A stretch of 64,000 bases of DNA from Bdellovibrionales bacterium (lineage in GTDB: Bacteria > Bdellovibrionota > Bdellovibrionia > Bdellovibrionales > JAGQZY01): assembly GCA_041739665.1 (NCBI GenBank), contig JBGSNK010000101.1:3310-67309 (forward strand), given 5' to 3'. Numbering within the stretch: the stretch's first letter is position 1; each line of letters begins with the position of its first letter. The translations under genes and the position numbers were made by a program. The notes under the pieces were generated by a model. It saw nothing but the letters and a program-made list of their open reading frames with translations. It had not been told where the DNA came from and made no database searches. Of the stretch, positions 40,150 through 49,998 are shown piece by piece.

Positions 40150-42105
40150 TTGATGTCATCCATTCAGATTCGTTTACCAGACAATTCAGTAAAAACCTTT
40201 GACCACAAGCCTACGATATTGGACGTGGCAAAGAGTATTGGTGAAGGCCTCGCCAAATCCACTGTAGGTGGACAAATCAATGGTCAGTCAGATGTGGTTG
40301 ATTTGCGCACCATTCTTCAAGATGGCGATAAGGTATCCATCGTCACAGCTCAGTCTGAAGAGGGGCGTGAAGTCCTTCGTCATTCAGGGGCTCACATTAT
40401 GGCCCAGGCCGTACAAGAGCTTTATAAAGATGTGAAGGTCACAATTGGCCCAGTCGTTGAAACTGGTTTTTATTATGACTTCGATCCTAAAGAACCTTTC
40501 AGTTTAGAAGACCTCCCAAAAATCGAAAAAAAGATGAAAGAGATCATTAAGCGCAACTTACCGGTTGAGCGCGAAGTTTGGTCTTCCGAAAAAGCCGTTC
40601 AGGTTTTTGAAGAAATGGGCGAGAACTTCAAGGCCGAAATCATTCGTGATTTGGGCGAAAAGGAAGTCTCAATTTATCGACAAGGTGAGTGGTTTGATCT
40701 ATGTCGTGGACCCCATGTGCAAAGTACCGGACAAGTAAAAGCCGTTAAGGTTATGAGCTTAGCGGGCGCCTACTGGCGCGGTGATCAAAACAACAAACAA
40801 CTACAAAGAGTTTATGGAACAGCCTTTTTTGATAAAAAAGAAATGAACGAGTATTTGCATTTCTTAGAGGAGGCCAAGAAAAGAGACCATCGTAAGGTGG
40901 GTAAAGACTTGGGACTTTTTATGTTCCACGATTGGGCTGCAGGCATGCCTTTTTTCTCTGCCAAGGGCACAATCATTTACAACGCTCTCACCGACTACAT
41001 CCGCCAATGTTATAAAAAATATCAATACAGTGAAGTGATCACACCGCAAATATACGATGTAAATCTTTATAAAACTTCGGGCCATTACGATCACTATCAA
41101 GCTAATATGTACTTTAGTGACTTGGGTGAAAAAGGTGTCACTGGAGTTAAGCCAATGAATTGTCCTGGTCACTGCTTACTCTATGCTTCTGAGAAGCATT
41201 CTTATCGTGAGTTGCCTATACGCATCGCGGACTTTGGGCGCTTGCATCGTTATGAAGCCAGTGGAGCTTTGCATGGCCTTACCCGTGTGCGTTCGATGTG
41301 CCAAGACGATGCCCATATCTTTTGTACTCAAGAGCAAATGCAAGACGAGATCCGCTCTTTTATGGAAATGCTCAAAGAGATTTACGACACTTTGGGCTTA
41401 AGTGAATTTAAAGTTTTTGTGGCCACTCGCCCTGCTGACCGTATGGGCAGTGATCAAATTTGGGATCTCTCGGAGCAAGCGTTGACACAAGCTCTCGATC
41501 AATTAAATTTGCCTTTTGAGATCAGCCCCGGTGACGGTGCTTTTTACGGCCCTAAAATTGAAATCCATTTTGTCGACATCATGAAGCGGACTTGGCAGTT
41601 GGGGACCATGCAAGTGGACTTCAATATGCCTAAAAGTTTTGATCTCTCCTACGTTGGCGAGGACAACACCGAGCACCAGCCCGTGATGCTTCACCGTGCG
41701 ATCCTCGGCACCCTCGAACGTTTTATAGGTATTTATATCGAACAGACAGATGGGCGCTTTCCTTTGTGGCTTTGTCCCAACCAGGTCAGTGTTTTGAATG
41801 TCACCGACCGACAAGGGGATTACTGTCGAGAAATTAAACAGCAACTAGAGGCCGCCGATATTCGTTGTCATTTTGACGATCGCAACGAGAAGCTAGGCTA
41901 CAAGATTCGCGAAGCCCAGTTACAAAAAACACCTTATATGATGATTATTGGCGACCAAGAAATGACGGATAAAAAAGTCTCAGTCCGTTTGCGCGATGGC
42001 AAAATGTCAGACTCTATGTCGCTAGAAGATTTTATTGGAATTATAAAAAAAGAAATTCAGACAAAAAGTCGCGAGCCAATGGTCGCTGCGATTCAGAGTC
42101 AATAA
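40150..42105 (+). CDS. thrS: Threonine--tRNA ligase
   Basis: TGS domain; DLCRGPH, RDHRK, KPMNCPGH and GAFYGPK motifs. Confidence 0.98.
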   Translation: MMSSIQIRLPDNSVKTFDHKPTILDVAKSIGEGLAKSTVGGQINGQSDVVDLRTILQDGDKVSIVTAQSEEGREVLRHSGAHIMAQAVQELYKDVKVTIGPVVETGFYYDFDPKEPFSLEDLPKIEKKMKEIIKRNLPVEREVWSSEKAVQVFEEMGENFKAEIIRDLGEKEVSIYRQGEWFDLCRGPHVQSTGQVKAVKVMSLAGAYWRGDQNNKQLQRVYGTAFFDKKEMNEYLHFLEEAKKRDHRKVGKDLGLFMFHDWAAGMPFFSAKGTIIYNALTDYIRQCYKKYQYSEVITPQIYDVNLYKTSGHYDHYQANMYFSDLGEKGVTGVKPMNCPGHCLLYASEKHSYRELPIRIADFGRLHRYEASGALHGLTRVRSMCQDDAHIFCTQEQMQDEIRSFMEMLKEIYDTLGLSEFKVFVATRPADRMGSDQIWDLSEQALTQALDQLNLPFEISPGDGAFYGPKIEIHFVDIMKRTWQLGTMQVDFNMPKSFDLSYVGEDNTEHQPVMLHRAILGTLERFIGIYIEQTDGRFPLWLCPNQVSVLNVTDRQGDYCREIKQQLEAADIRCHFDDRNEKLGYKIREAQLQKTPYMMIIGDQEMTDKKVSVRLRDGKMSDSMSLEDFIGIIKKEIQTKSREPMVAAIQSQ

Positions 42106-42118
42106 AAAGGAGGAGCTT

Positions 42119-42799
42119 ATTAAAAGACCAAGAGGAGGCCGTCAGGCACCACCTAAAGAAAAGTACCGGGTGAATGAAAGAATCACAGCTCGTGAAGTGC
42201 GCGTGATTGATGACGAAGGACAAGTGATGGGAGTTTTCACTCCAGAAAAAGCTCTTGAACTTGCACAGAGCCGGAACCTTGATCTTATTGAAATTGCTCC
42301 CAACGCAAAACCACCGACTTGTAAACTTATGGATTACGGAAAGTGGAAGTATGAAAACAAGAAAAAAGCCCAAGTGGCCAAAAAGAAGCAAACCATTGTT
42401 TCTGTTAAAGAGATTCAAATTCGTCCCCGTACGGATGACCATGATCTCGAGACAAAGATGAAAAAGGCTCGTGAGTTTTTACTTGATGGAGATAAGGTCA
42501 AAGTGAATCTGCGATATCAAGGTCGCGAAATGGCCCATAAAGAAGTGGGAGTAAAGGTTCTGGAAAAGGTAATCAGCCAGTTGAGTGATTTAGCTTTACC
42601 AGAAGTAGAGCCCAAAATGGAAGGCCGACAACTGTTTGTGGTGATGGCGCCTGATGCTGGCAAGCTTAAAGAATACAAAGCCAAGAATAAGGTCAGAAAG
42701 CCTCCTAAAGTGTCTGCTCCGGACGGGGCCAATGAAGCAACAGGGGAGAGTCCTAAGGAGGCCGCGGCCTCTCAAGACAGTTCAGCTCCTGAAGTCTAA
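42119..42799 (+). CDS. infC: Translation initiation factor IF-3 (ATT start)
   Basis: NERI..VRVI, PPTCKLMDYGKWKYE and GDKVKV motifs; in-frame ATT at 42119 after SD AGGAGG. Confidence 0.95.
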   Translation: MKRPRGGRQAPPKEKYRVNERITAREVRVIDDEGQVMGVFTPEKALELAQSRNLDLIEIAPNAKPPTCKLMDYGKWKYENKKKAQVAKKKQTIVSVKEIQIRPRTDDHDLETKMKKAREFLLDGDKVKVNLRYQGREMAHKEVGVKVLEKVISQLSDLALPEVEPKMEGRQLFVVMAPDAGKLKEYKAKNKVRKPPKVSAPDGANEATGESPKEAAASQDSSAPEV

Positions 42800-42839
42800 G
42801 TTGTTGGAATAAATGGGTTAAGTTGTGTTTAATTGGGTG

Positions 42840-42868
42840 TGGACAAAATGCCCATCAAAGGCTATAAC
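42840..42868 (+). promoter_or_regulatory. Putative sigma70 promoter of rpmI-rplT
   Basis: TGGACA-17 nt-TATAAC. Confidence 0.55.
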
Positions 42869-42939
42869 CCGTAAAAGTCTACTCAAGGCCAATAAAGTAA
42901 AGCAATTTTAGTGCTTTCGCCTTCAGGGAAAGGAAAATT

Positions 42940-43131
42940 ATGAAACAGAAGACACACTCTGGCGCTAAAAAGCGTTTCCGAGTTAAGAGTCGCACTCATA
43001 TCAAGAGAGCCCAACAGGGGATGCGACATATTCTCAGTAACAAAAGTTCAAAGAGAAAGAGACACCTAGGTGACATGACCTATGTGGATTCTGCCAATCT
43101 CGGTAACATTCAAAAGTGTTTGAATCTCTAG
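42940..43131 (+). CDS. rpmI: 50S ribosomal protein L35
   Basis: KTHSGAKKRF motif; infC-rpmI-rplT synteny. Confidence 0.96.
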   Translation: MKQKTHSGAKKRFRVKSRTHIKRAQQGMRHILSNKSSKRKRHLGDMTYVDSANLGNIQKCLNL

Positions 43132-43142
43132 GAGGCTGTTAG

Positions 43143-43490
43143 ATGCGTGTAAAAAGAGGTGTAAAGGCCAGACGTCGTCGTAATAAAGTTCTCGATAGAG
43201 CCGAAGGTTATCGAGGTTCAGGAAGTCGCGTTTTCTCTGTTGCGAAAGAGAAAAATGATCGTGGTATGGTTTACGCCTATCGCGACCGCAAAGTGAAGAA
43301 AAGAGAGTTCCGCAAACTTTGGATCACTCGTATCGCAGCTGCGGCTAAATTGAATGGAACCAGCTATTCTAAATTTATTGGGGCATTAACGAAATCTGAA
43401 ATCGGTCTTGATAGAAAAATTCTTTCTGATATGGCCATTCACGATCCAGAATCCTTCACAAAAATTATTCAACAGGTGATGCCCAAGTAA
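43143..43490 (+). CDS. rplT: 50S ribosomal protein L20
   Basis: RVKRG, AYRDRK.KKREFRKLWITRI and LDRKILSD motifs. Confidence 0.98.
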   Translation: MRVKRGVKARRRRNKVLDRAEGYRGSGSRVFSVAKEKNDRGMVYAYRDRKVKKREFRKLWITRIAAAAKLNGTSYSKFIGALTKSEIGLDRKILSDMAIHDPESFTKIIQQVMPK

Positions 43491-43518
43491 GGCTCTCCTC
43501 TTCCTAAAAGGAGACAGC

Positions 43519-44574
43519 TTGCAAACCGATTCCTCGCGAGCTCTTGAAGAAGAGCTCTTCAGTCAAAGAAAAAAAGATCACGTTAGGATCTCTTTGGGTG
43601 ATGAGAGTCAGGCAAGATCAGATCAGTTTGTACGTCTCCAGCTGGAGCACAACCCTCTGCCAGAAATTGATCTGGCAGATGTCTCTTTAGACTGTGATGT
43701 TTTTGGTCACCCACTCAAATCCCCCCTATTTGTGAGCTCCATGACTTTAGGTCATCAGGGCGCTCAATCCATCAACGAAACTTTGATGACCGCTTGTCAG
43801 AAAAGGGGTTGGATGATGGGTGTGGGCTCACAACGGCGTCAGTTATTTGATCCGAGTGCCCGACTAGAGTGTGAAGAATTGCGAGTTCAATTTCCAGATC
43901 TAGTCTTATTTGGAAATATCGGTCTGTCCCAGGTGATTTCCTCTTCTGTTGAGGATATTGAATCTCTCGTTGAAGCTTTAAAGGCGCAATTTCTGGTGGT
44001 CCACACCAACCCCTTGCAAGAGGCTTTGCAGCCCGAGGGCACTCCGCAATTTCGCGGTGGCATCGAGAGCCTTGTCAAACTTTGTTCGCAATTGTCGGTC
44101 CCAGTGGTTTTAAAAGAAACAGGCTCTGGTTTTTCCAGGCAGAGTTTGATTGCTTTGAAAGGCAAAGGTTTGGCCGCTGTTGATGTGAGTGGTTTAGGCG
44201 GGACCCATTGGGGACGTGTTGAAGGTTTGCGTCAAAATCCTGAAAGTTTGGGTTTTCAAATGGCCCAAAGCTTTGCAAACTGGGGTGTCTCCACTGTGGA
44301 TTCTGTTATGAATGCCGTCGAGGCTCAGTGGGATTCCGCTTTGTGGGCCTCTGGTGGGGTGCGCAGTGGTGTAGATGCAGCTAAATTGATATGTTTAGGG
44401 GCTGAAAAAATTGGAATGGCTCAACCTTTACTAGAGGCTGCGACGGAGTCTCTAGAAAAATTGCTTTTGAAAATGGAGCAGATGGATCAAGAATTGAAGG
44501 TGAGTCTTTTTTGTTTGGGTTTAGTGGATGTGAAATCTTTAGTTGGGAAAAGGATGTTGTTGAGATGGAAATAG
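43519..44574 (+). CDS. fni: Type 2 isopentenyl-diphosphate delta-isomerase
   Basis: RKKDHV, GVGSQR, HTNPLQE, KETGSG, GGTHW and ASGGVR motifs. Confidence 0.95.
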   Translation: MQTDSSRALEEELFSQRKKDHVRISLGDESQARSDQFVRLQLEHNPLPEIDLADVSLDCDVFGHPLKSPLFVSSMTLGHQGAQSINETLMTACQKRGWMMGVGSQRRQLFDPSARLECEELRVQFPDLVLFGNIGLSQVISSSVEDIESLVEALKAQFLVVHTNPLQEALQPEGTPQFRGGIESLVKLCSQLSVPVVLKETGSGFSRQSLIALKGKGLAAVDVSGLGGTHWGRVEGLRQNPESLGFQMAQSFANWGVSTVDSVMNAVEAQWDSALWASGGVRSGVDAAKLICLGAEKIGMAQPLLEAATESLEKLLLKMEQMDQELKVSLFCLGLVDVKSLVGKRMLLRWK

Positions 44575-45869
44575 AGGAGTTTTTCAAAGGGTTTTCTAAG
44601 CTCACTCGTGAACAAAGATTTCAAAGACTTCTAGAAATGGGGGCACTTAACAAAGGCGACATCGACTATTTCAAGGGTGGCGGAGTTCATGATTTGTCGT
44701 TGGCCGATCATTTTATTGAAAACTCCATTGGCTATTTTCAAATGCCTTTAGGAGTTGCCACCAACTTTCGAATCAATGGTGTGGATCGCATTATCCCTAT
44801 GGCTGTTGAGGAAACTTCCATCATTGCGGCAGCCTCAAAAACAGCTCGCTGGGTGCGTCAGCACGGTGAAATCAATGCTTGGACCGAAGGCGAATGCATC
44901 ATTGGCCAGGTGCAAATTGCAAAAGTGAAAGATTTTGAACATCTCAAAGAAATATTGGAACTCAATAAACAAGATTGGATTGCGGAACTCAATGAAGAAG
45001 TCGCGTCCTCTATGGTGCAAAGAGGTGGGGGTGTTCGCGACATTACCCTACGAAAAGTCGAGCGTGGCGATAAGTCTCATATGGCAGTCTTTCATGTCTT
45101 ATTTAATCCCTGTGATGCCATGGGTGCAAATATCATTAACCAAGTTTGTGAATACTTAAAAAGTCCCATTGAATTGGCCAGTGGCGAAACCGTCACCATG
45201 AGTATCTTATCAAATCTTGTGGACAGCAAACTCACAGTCGCGAGAGTGGTTCTCAAGGATATTCCCACAGAGATGGGAGAAAAAATCCAAGAGGCCTCCC
45301 TATTTGCAGAGAAAGATCCATACCGAGCTGCGACCCATAATAAGGGTGTCCTCAATGGAATCGATCCGATCTTGATCGCCACAGGCAATGATTGGCGAGC
45401 CGTGGAAGCCGGAATTCATGCCTTTGCTTGTCGCGATGGTCAGTACGCCTCGGTGACCAAGTGGCGTTACAAAGACAAGACTCTCACCGGTTGCTTTACC
45501 GCTCCCCTCATTGTGGGAACTGTGGGGGGCGTGACTTCACTTCATCCTACGGCCAAAATCTGTTTGGCGATGTTAAATGTAAAAGATGCCTCAGAACTTG
45601 CTCAAATATGTGCGTCTGTTGGCCTTGTCCAAAATCTCGGTGCCCTGAAAGCACTCACCACTGTTGGAATTATTGAAGGCCATATGAAGCTTCATATTAA
45701 AAATCTAACCCTGGGTGTGGGAGCTAACGAAAAAGAAAGCCAACCTCTACAGAGACGCCTCGAGCAATTATTAGCCGTGAAAAAGCGGATCTCTCACTCT
45801 GATGCTTGGCAAATCCTACAAAGTATTCGTCACCCGGAACCGGCCCCACAAGAGACTAGTCTGAGCTGA
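44565..45869 (+). CDS. mvaA: Class II HMG-CoA reductase
   Basis: ENSIG, PMAVEETS, DAMGAN, RAATHNKG, TGNDWRA and GHMKLH motifs. Confidence 0.95.
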   Translation: MEIEEFFKGFSKLTREQRFQRLLEMGALNKGDIDYFKGGGVHDLSLADHFIENSIGYFQMPLGVATNFRINGVDRIIPMAVEETSIIAAASKTARWVRQHGEINAWTEGECIIGQVQIAKVKDFEHLKEILELNKQDWIAELNEEVASSMVQRGGGVRDITLRKVERGDKSHMAVFHVLFNPCDAMGANIINQVCEYLKSPIELASGETVTMSILSNLVDSKLTVARVVLKDIPTEMGEKIQEASLFAEKDPYRAATHNKGVLNGIDPILIATGNDWRAVEAGIHAFACRDGQYASVTKWRYKDKTLTGCFTAPLIVGTVGGVTSLHPTAKICLAMLNVKDASELAQICASVGLVQNLGALKALTTVGIIEGHMKLHIKNLTLGVGANEKESQPLQRRLEQLLAVKKRISHSDAWQILQSIRHPEPAPQETSLS

Positions 45870-46768
45870 TGGCTTTAGATCAAAGCTTGATATTCGAGAT
45901 TCCCAGTAAAACTTTTATCATAGGTGAATATCTAGCTATTGGTGGAACAGCCTCTCTACTTTTAAGCAGCGATCCTAGTTTTGTAGTTAAAATAACCAAC
46001 GATACTCGTTATGGTTATCACCCAGATAGTCCTGCTGGCGCACTAAGAAAACGATTAGGACAAAATAGTGTCGGGTATAGCTTTTATGATCCACATAGTG
46101 GTCTGGGGGGCTTTGGGCGCTCTACGGCGGAGTATTTATCGGTCTACCTTTACGATCTCTTCATCAATCAAGGAGTCAATGATTTTGCAGACCCTATCCT
46201 GGAGAATCTAGAAGATTTTATTCAACAGTATAAACAATGCTGCGGGGCGGATTATTCCCCTAGTGGAGCCGACCTAGTGGCGCAAGTGGTGGGTGGTCTT
46301 TGTTGGTACGACGGTATGAATTTTAGTGCTGAAAAATTACCTTGGCCTTTTCCTGGCTATGATATTTTTATATTTCACACTGGAAAAAAACTGGCAACTC
46401 ACGAGCATCTTAAGGATCTGCGTGAGAAAAATTTTCGCGAGTTGATTCCACTTCTTGTGGCTTCACGTACTTCTTTAAGCCAAGAGAACTTAAAAGTTTT
46501 CTGTCAGTCTTTGGATCTGTATTACGATGAGCTTAACGATATGGGTTTAAGTGACCAGAATGTTCGTGAACGTGTGATGAGTTTGCGTCAGAACCCCGAA
46601 GTTTTAGCGGCGAAGGGCTGCGGTGCTATGGGCGTTGATACGGTGCTGGTGATTGGCGAATCGTCTGATTTGAGTCGTATTCAACAACTTTGCCAAGGGG
46701 AAGATTTTCAATATATTACATCGCTTTCTCAAGCCCATCCTGGCGCGACCTTAATGAGGTCCATATGA
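45869..46768 (+). CDS. GHMP kinase, probable phosphomevalonate kinase
   Basis: PSKTFIIGEY, GGFGRSTA, SGADL and KGCGAMG motifs; position in the mevalonate operon. Confidence 0.75.
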   Translation: MALDQSLIFEIPSKTFIIGEYLAIGGTASLLLSSDPSFVVKITNDTRYGYHPDSPAGALRKRLGQNSVGYSFYDPHSGLGGFGRSTAEYLSVYLYDLFINQGVNDFADPILENLEDFIQQYKQCCGADYSPSGADLVAQVVGGLCWYDGMNFSAEKLPWPFPGYDIFIFHTGKKLATHEHLKDLREKNFRELIPLLVASRTSLSQENLKVFCQSLDLYYDELNDMGLSDQNVRERVMSLRQNPEVLAAKGCGAMGVDTVLVIGESSDLSRIQQLCQGEDFQYITSLSQAHPGATLMRSI

Positions 46769-47427
46769 TTCTCTATAGCTATGATCACTGCCCTTATTGT
46801 GTCAAAGCTCGCATGATCTTTGGCTTAAAGTCTGTACCTTTTGAACTTAAAACCCTACTGAATGATGATGAGCAAACACCCATCCAATTGATTGGCAAAA
46901 AAATGCTTCCCATATTAGTTAGAGACGATGGAATAGCGATGGGAGAAAGTTTAGATATTATATCATATATAGACAATTTGGTTGAGTACGGCTCTCCCCG
47001 AGTTTTAGAGAGTCGACAAGATCATCGGCTCATGAATTGGCTTCAGGATGTACGTGCTTATCACTATGCATTGGCCATGCCCCGTTGGGTTCGCCTAGGT
47101 CTCGAGGAGTTTGCAACTGCAAGTGCGGTTGAATATTTCACGATTAAGAAAGAACAGAGTATTGGCCTCTTCTCTGAAAATTTAAAAAATACACCCAAGC
47201 TTATTGAACAAGCCAATCAACATTTACTTGAACTTGAAGAAATGGTTATTGGAGCTCCATTCTTTTGGGGGAATGAGCTGACATTAGATGATTTCCATGT
47301 TTTTTCGAGCTTGCGTTGCCTCACCGCTGCCGCTGGAGTTCAATTTCCGGTTAAAATTGATCAATATATAAATAGACTCAGCTCGCTTTGTGGAGTGCCC
47401 TTGCATTGGAGTTTGGCTTTTGAGTGA
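46765..47427 (+). CDS. grxB: Glutaredoxin 2 (GST-like)
   Basis: LYSYDHCPYCVKARMIFG, LLNDDEQTP and MGESLDII motifs; ATGA overlap with the upstream kinase. Confidence 0.93.
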   Translation: MILYSYDHCPYCVKARMIFGLKSVPFELKTLLNDDEQTPIQLIGKKMLPILVRDDGIAMGESLDIISYIDNLVEYGSPRVLESRQDHRLMNWLQDVRAYHYALAMPRWVRLGLEEFATASAVEYFTIKKEQSIGLFSENLKNTPKLIEQANQHLLELEEMVIGAPFFWGNELTLDDFHVFSSLRCLTAAAGVQFPVKIDQYINRLSSLCGVPLHWSLAFE

Positions 47428-47450
47428 AGACATTCGGATAGGAACTTAAA

Positions 47451-48422
47451 ATGTGGTCGGGAACTAAGCCCTCAAACATAGCCCTCATTAAATATATGGG
47501 TAAGAGTGATATTGCTTTCAATAAACCAAGCAACGGGTCACTATCTTGGACCTTGTCCCATTTATACACGCAAGTGACACTGACTTTAAGTGAGACGGCA
47601 GAGGACTCTTGGAGCCCTTTGCAAACGGACTTTCCCTTTGCAATGAGTCCAACCGGTTTGCAGAAGTACCTCGATCATTTAAAAAGAATAAAGGAACTTT
47701 TTTCTGTTCAAGAAGTTTTCCATGTGAAATCCGGTAATAATTTTCCGGCCGATTGTGGAATCGCCAGTTCGGCCTCAAGCTTTGCAGCCTTAACCGAAGC
47801 CGCCTGTAGAGCCTGCTCTGAGATCAGTGGTCAAGAAAACTTAAGTTTACTTGATCAAGCTAAGATTTCTGCTTTAGGTTCTGGCTCATCTTGCCGTTCT
47901 TTTTTACCCAATTGGGTGTCTTGGAACGGAGAGGAAGTTGAGTCTGTCACAACCGAGATTGATGAACTCTTGCATATGGTTGTGATTGTGGCCTCTGGCG
48001 CTAAAAAAGTGAGTTCCTCTCAAGCCCATAAACGGGTTGCTTCGAGCCTCTTATTTGAAGGCCGCACTTCTCGGGTTGAGCAGAGATTAAAAGATTTTTT
48101 AAATCATACGACACGACAAGATTGGGCCAAACTCTTTGAAATCTCATGGGCTGAATTTTGGGATATGCACGCCCTGTTTGAAACCTCGGCCCCCTCTTTT
48201 GGCTATTTTGAGCCCCAGACCTTGACCATTTTAAACTTGGCCCGAGATCTTTGGCTCAAAAATAACGATGGTCCACTCGTGACCATGGATGCTGGCCCAA
48301 ATGTGCATTTGCTTTGGCGAGAAGATCAACGAGCCCAAGCTTTAGATTTTTTTGAAAAAAGATTAAGTAGACAGTGGGCTTGCTTGAGCAATATGGCGGA
48401 GATAGGCTTTGCTAAACTTTAG
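47451..48422 (+). CDS. mvaD: Diphosphomevalonate decarboxylase
   Basis: SNIALIKYMGK, GIASSASSFAAL, GSGSSCRS and TMDAGPNVH motifs. Confidence 0.95.
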   Translation: MWSGTKPSNIALIKYMGKSDIAFNKPSNGSLSWTLSHLYTQVTLTLSETAEDSWSPLQTDFPFAMSPTGLQKYLDHLKRIKELFSVQEVFHVKSGNNFPADCGIASSASSFAALTEAACRACSEISGQENLSLLDQAKISALGSGSSCRSFLPNWVSWNGEEVESVTTEIDELLHMVVIVASGAKKVSSSQAHKRVASSLLFEGRTSRVEQRLKDFLNHTTRQDWAKLFEISWAEFWDMHALFETSAPSFGYFEPQTLTILNLARDLWLKNNDGPLVTMDAGPNVHLLWREDQRAQALDFFEKRLSRQWACLSNMAEIGFAKL

Positions 48423-49281
48423 AGTGCATGGCAAGTGGATATTAGCTGGTGAACATAGTGTTTTACGGGGCGGTGAGGCCCTCGTTTTTCCGGTACAAAG
48501 TCGCTTTTTAGATTTTACTTTCACACCGTCTAAACAAAAACTGTGCCTTGAAATTGTACACCCCAATAAAGATCTTGAAACGGCTTTTTGGGGAGTTTTA
48601 AAGCGTGCGCTAGAAATAGTTGATCTTCCTTTGGATCAATTGACCGGAAAATTGCACTTACAGAGTCAAATTCCAATTGGAGCAGGCATGGGTGCAAGTG
48701 CCACTTTGTGTGTGGCTTTAGCTCGTTGGTTTCATGATCTTGGATATTTGAAACTGGATAAGATGTATACCTTTGCAAAAAGTCTTGAGGATCTCTTTCA
48801 TGGGGAGAGTTCGGGTGTAGATGTGGCTGTAGCTCTCAGTCAACAACCCTTGCTGTTCAAGAGGCCCGATACTATGCAGACTTTTTTACCCCTTTGGCAA
48901 CCCCACTTTTATCTTTCTTATTGTGGCAAGAAGGGCGTGACTGCAGACTGTGTTTCTCAAGTTCAGTCCCTTTTTCTTGAAGACAAACAATATGCTGAGG
49001 CCATTGACAACAAAATGAAAGAGGCCGTCGCTCTTGCCAAAGAATCTTTACTAGGTAATCGTAAGATAGAGAGTCTGATTGAGTCTCTCGATATAGCCCA
49101 GACCTGCTTTCAGCAGTGGGGCCTGATCACGCCCGAACTTCGAAGTCATATGAATGTCCTAAAGAGTATGGGTGCTTTAGCCGTCAAGCCCACTGGTAGT
49201 GGTGGGGGTGGATTTGTTCTCAGTCTTTGGGATCGTAAGCCTCAAGACAAAACTTTAAATTTTGAGTTGATACAAGCCTAA
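48409..49281 (+). CDS. mvk: Mevalonate kinase
   Basis: GKWILAGEHSV, PIGAGMGASA, FHGESSGVD and KPTGSGGGG motifs. Confidence 0.9.
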   Translation: MLNFRVHGKWILAGEHSVLRGGEALVFPVQSRFLDFTFTPSKQKLCLEIVHPNKDLETAFWGVLKRALEIVDLPLDQLTGKLHLQSQIPIGAGMGASATLCVALARWFHDLGYLKLDKMYTFAKSLEDLFHGESSGVDVAVALSQQPLLFKRPDTMQTFLPLWQPHFYLSYCGKKGVTADCVSQVQSLFLEDKQYAEAIDNKMKEAVALAKESLLGNRKIESLIESLDIAQTCFQQWGLITPELRSHMNVLKSMGALAVKPTGSGGGGFVLSLWDRKPQDKTLNFELIQA

Positions 49282-49320
49282 CAAAAGTTGAGTCTGTTAG
49301 ACTTCTTCAGTCAACTCACT

Positions 49321-49929
49321 CTATTTACGAGACCACTGGCCAGCACTAGACTGCACCCAAGTTCCTTTTGGAGATTTGCTCTGGAAAGACTGGGAAAATT
49401 TATTTGTGATCGTACTCATCTGTCCAGAGCTCATTCCATTGATACGTAAAACCTCACGATAAAGCAACTCTCTATCTGTGTTCTCTTCATTTATTAAATC
49501 TTGGATGCGTTTCTTTTGTAAAGCTTTTGGCTCCCCGCGCACGACCAGAAGTCCTTTGTTATTTTCCCCAATCAAGCCATCTGATTTGAAACGTTCCATT
49601 TGATTGAGGCGCCCCACTTCTCTTTTTTGAATTTGAGTGATCAACTCGCTACTCACTTTGAATTCATCTACGGCATAAGCGGATGTAATAAAAAGCTGCC
49701 AGGGTGAGAAACCTTTATATGCAGCTCCTTTTTTTGTCTGGCTCGAGCTAGTCGTTGGAGCAGTTTTATTTTTTTCGGCTTCTTCCTTAAGTTTATAAAG
49801 CTGTTCCACATAGCTATCAGAAGCTTGCTGAACAGCAGCTTCGGGAAAGTTTACATTGACGGTGATACAAGAAGTGAGGCTCTGCAAGAGAAAAGTAAAC
49901 AACGTCAATCGAATAGCTGAAACAATCAT
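49321..49929 (-). CDS. YdbL/DUF1318-family lipoprotein
   Basis: Lipobox LTSC then ITVNVNFP; GLIGENNKGLL, EENTDR.LY and G.WVQ...G.W motifs. Confidence 0.8.
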   Translation of the reverse strand: MIVSAIRLTLFTFLLQSLTSCITVNVNFPEAAVQQASDSYVEQLYKLKEEAEKNKTAPTTSSSQTKKGAAYKGFSPWQLFITSAYAVDEFKVSSELITQIQKREVGRLNQMERFKSDGLIGENNKGLLVVRGEPKALQKKRIQDLINEENTDRELLYREVLRINGMSSGQMSTITNKFSQSFQSKSPKGTWVQSSAGQWSRK

Positions 49930-49966
49930 AAGGGCTCCCTTAAAAGATGATTAAATCGTCTATCAA

Positions 49967-49995
49967 ATGCTAAAATGGTCAGTGTGTCTTGTCCA
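49967..49995 (-). promoter_or_regulatory. Putative internal sigma70 promoter for the YdbL-like gene
   Basis: Minus strand TGGACA-17 nt-TAGCAT. Confidence 0.4.
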
Positions 49996-49998
49996 GCT

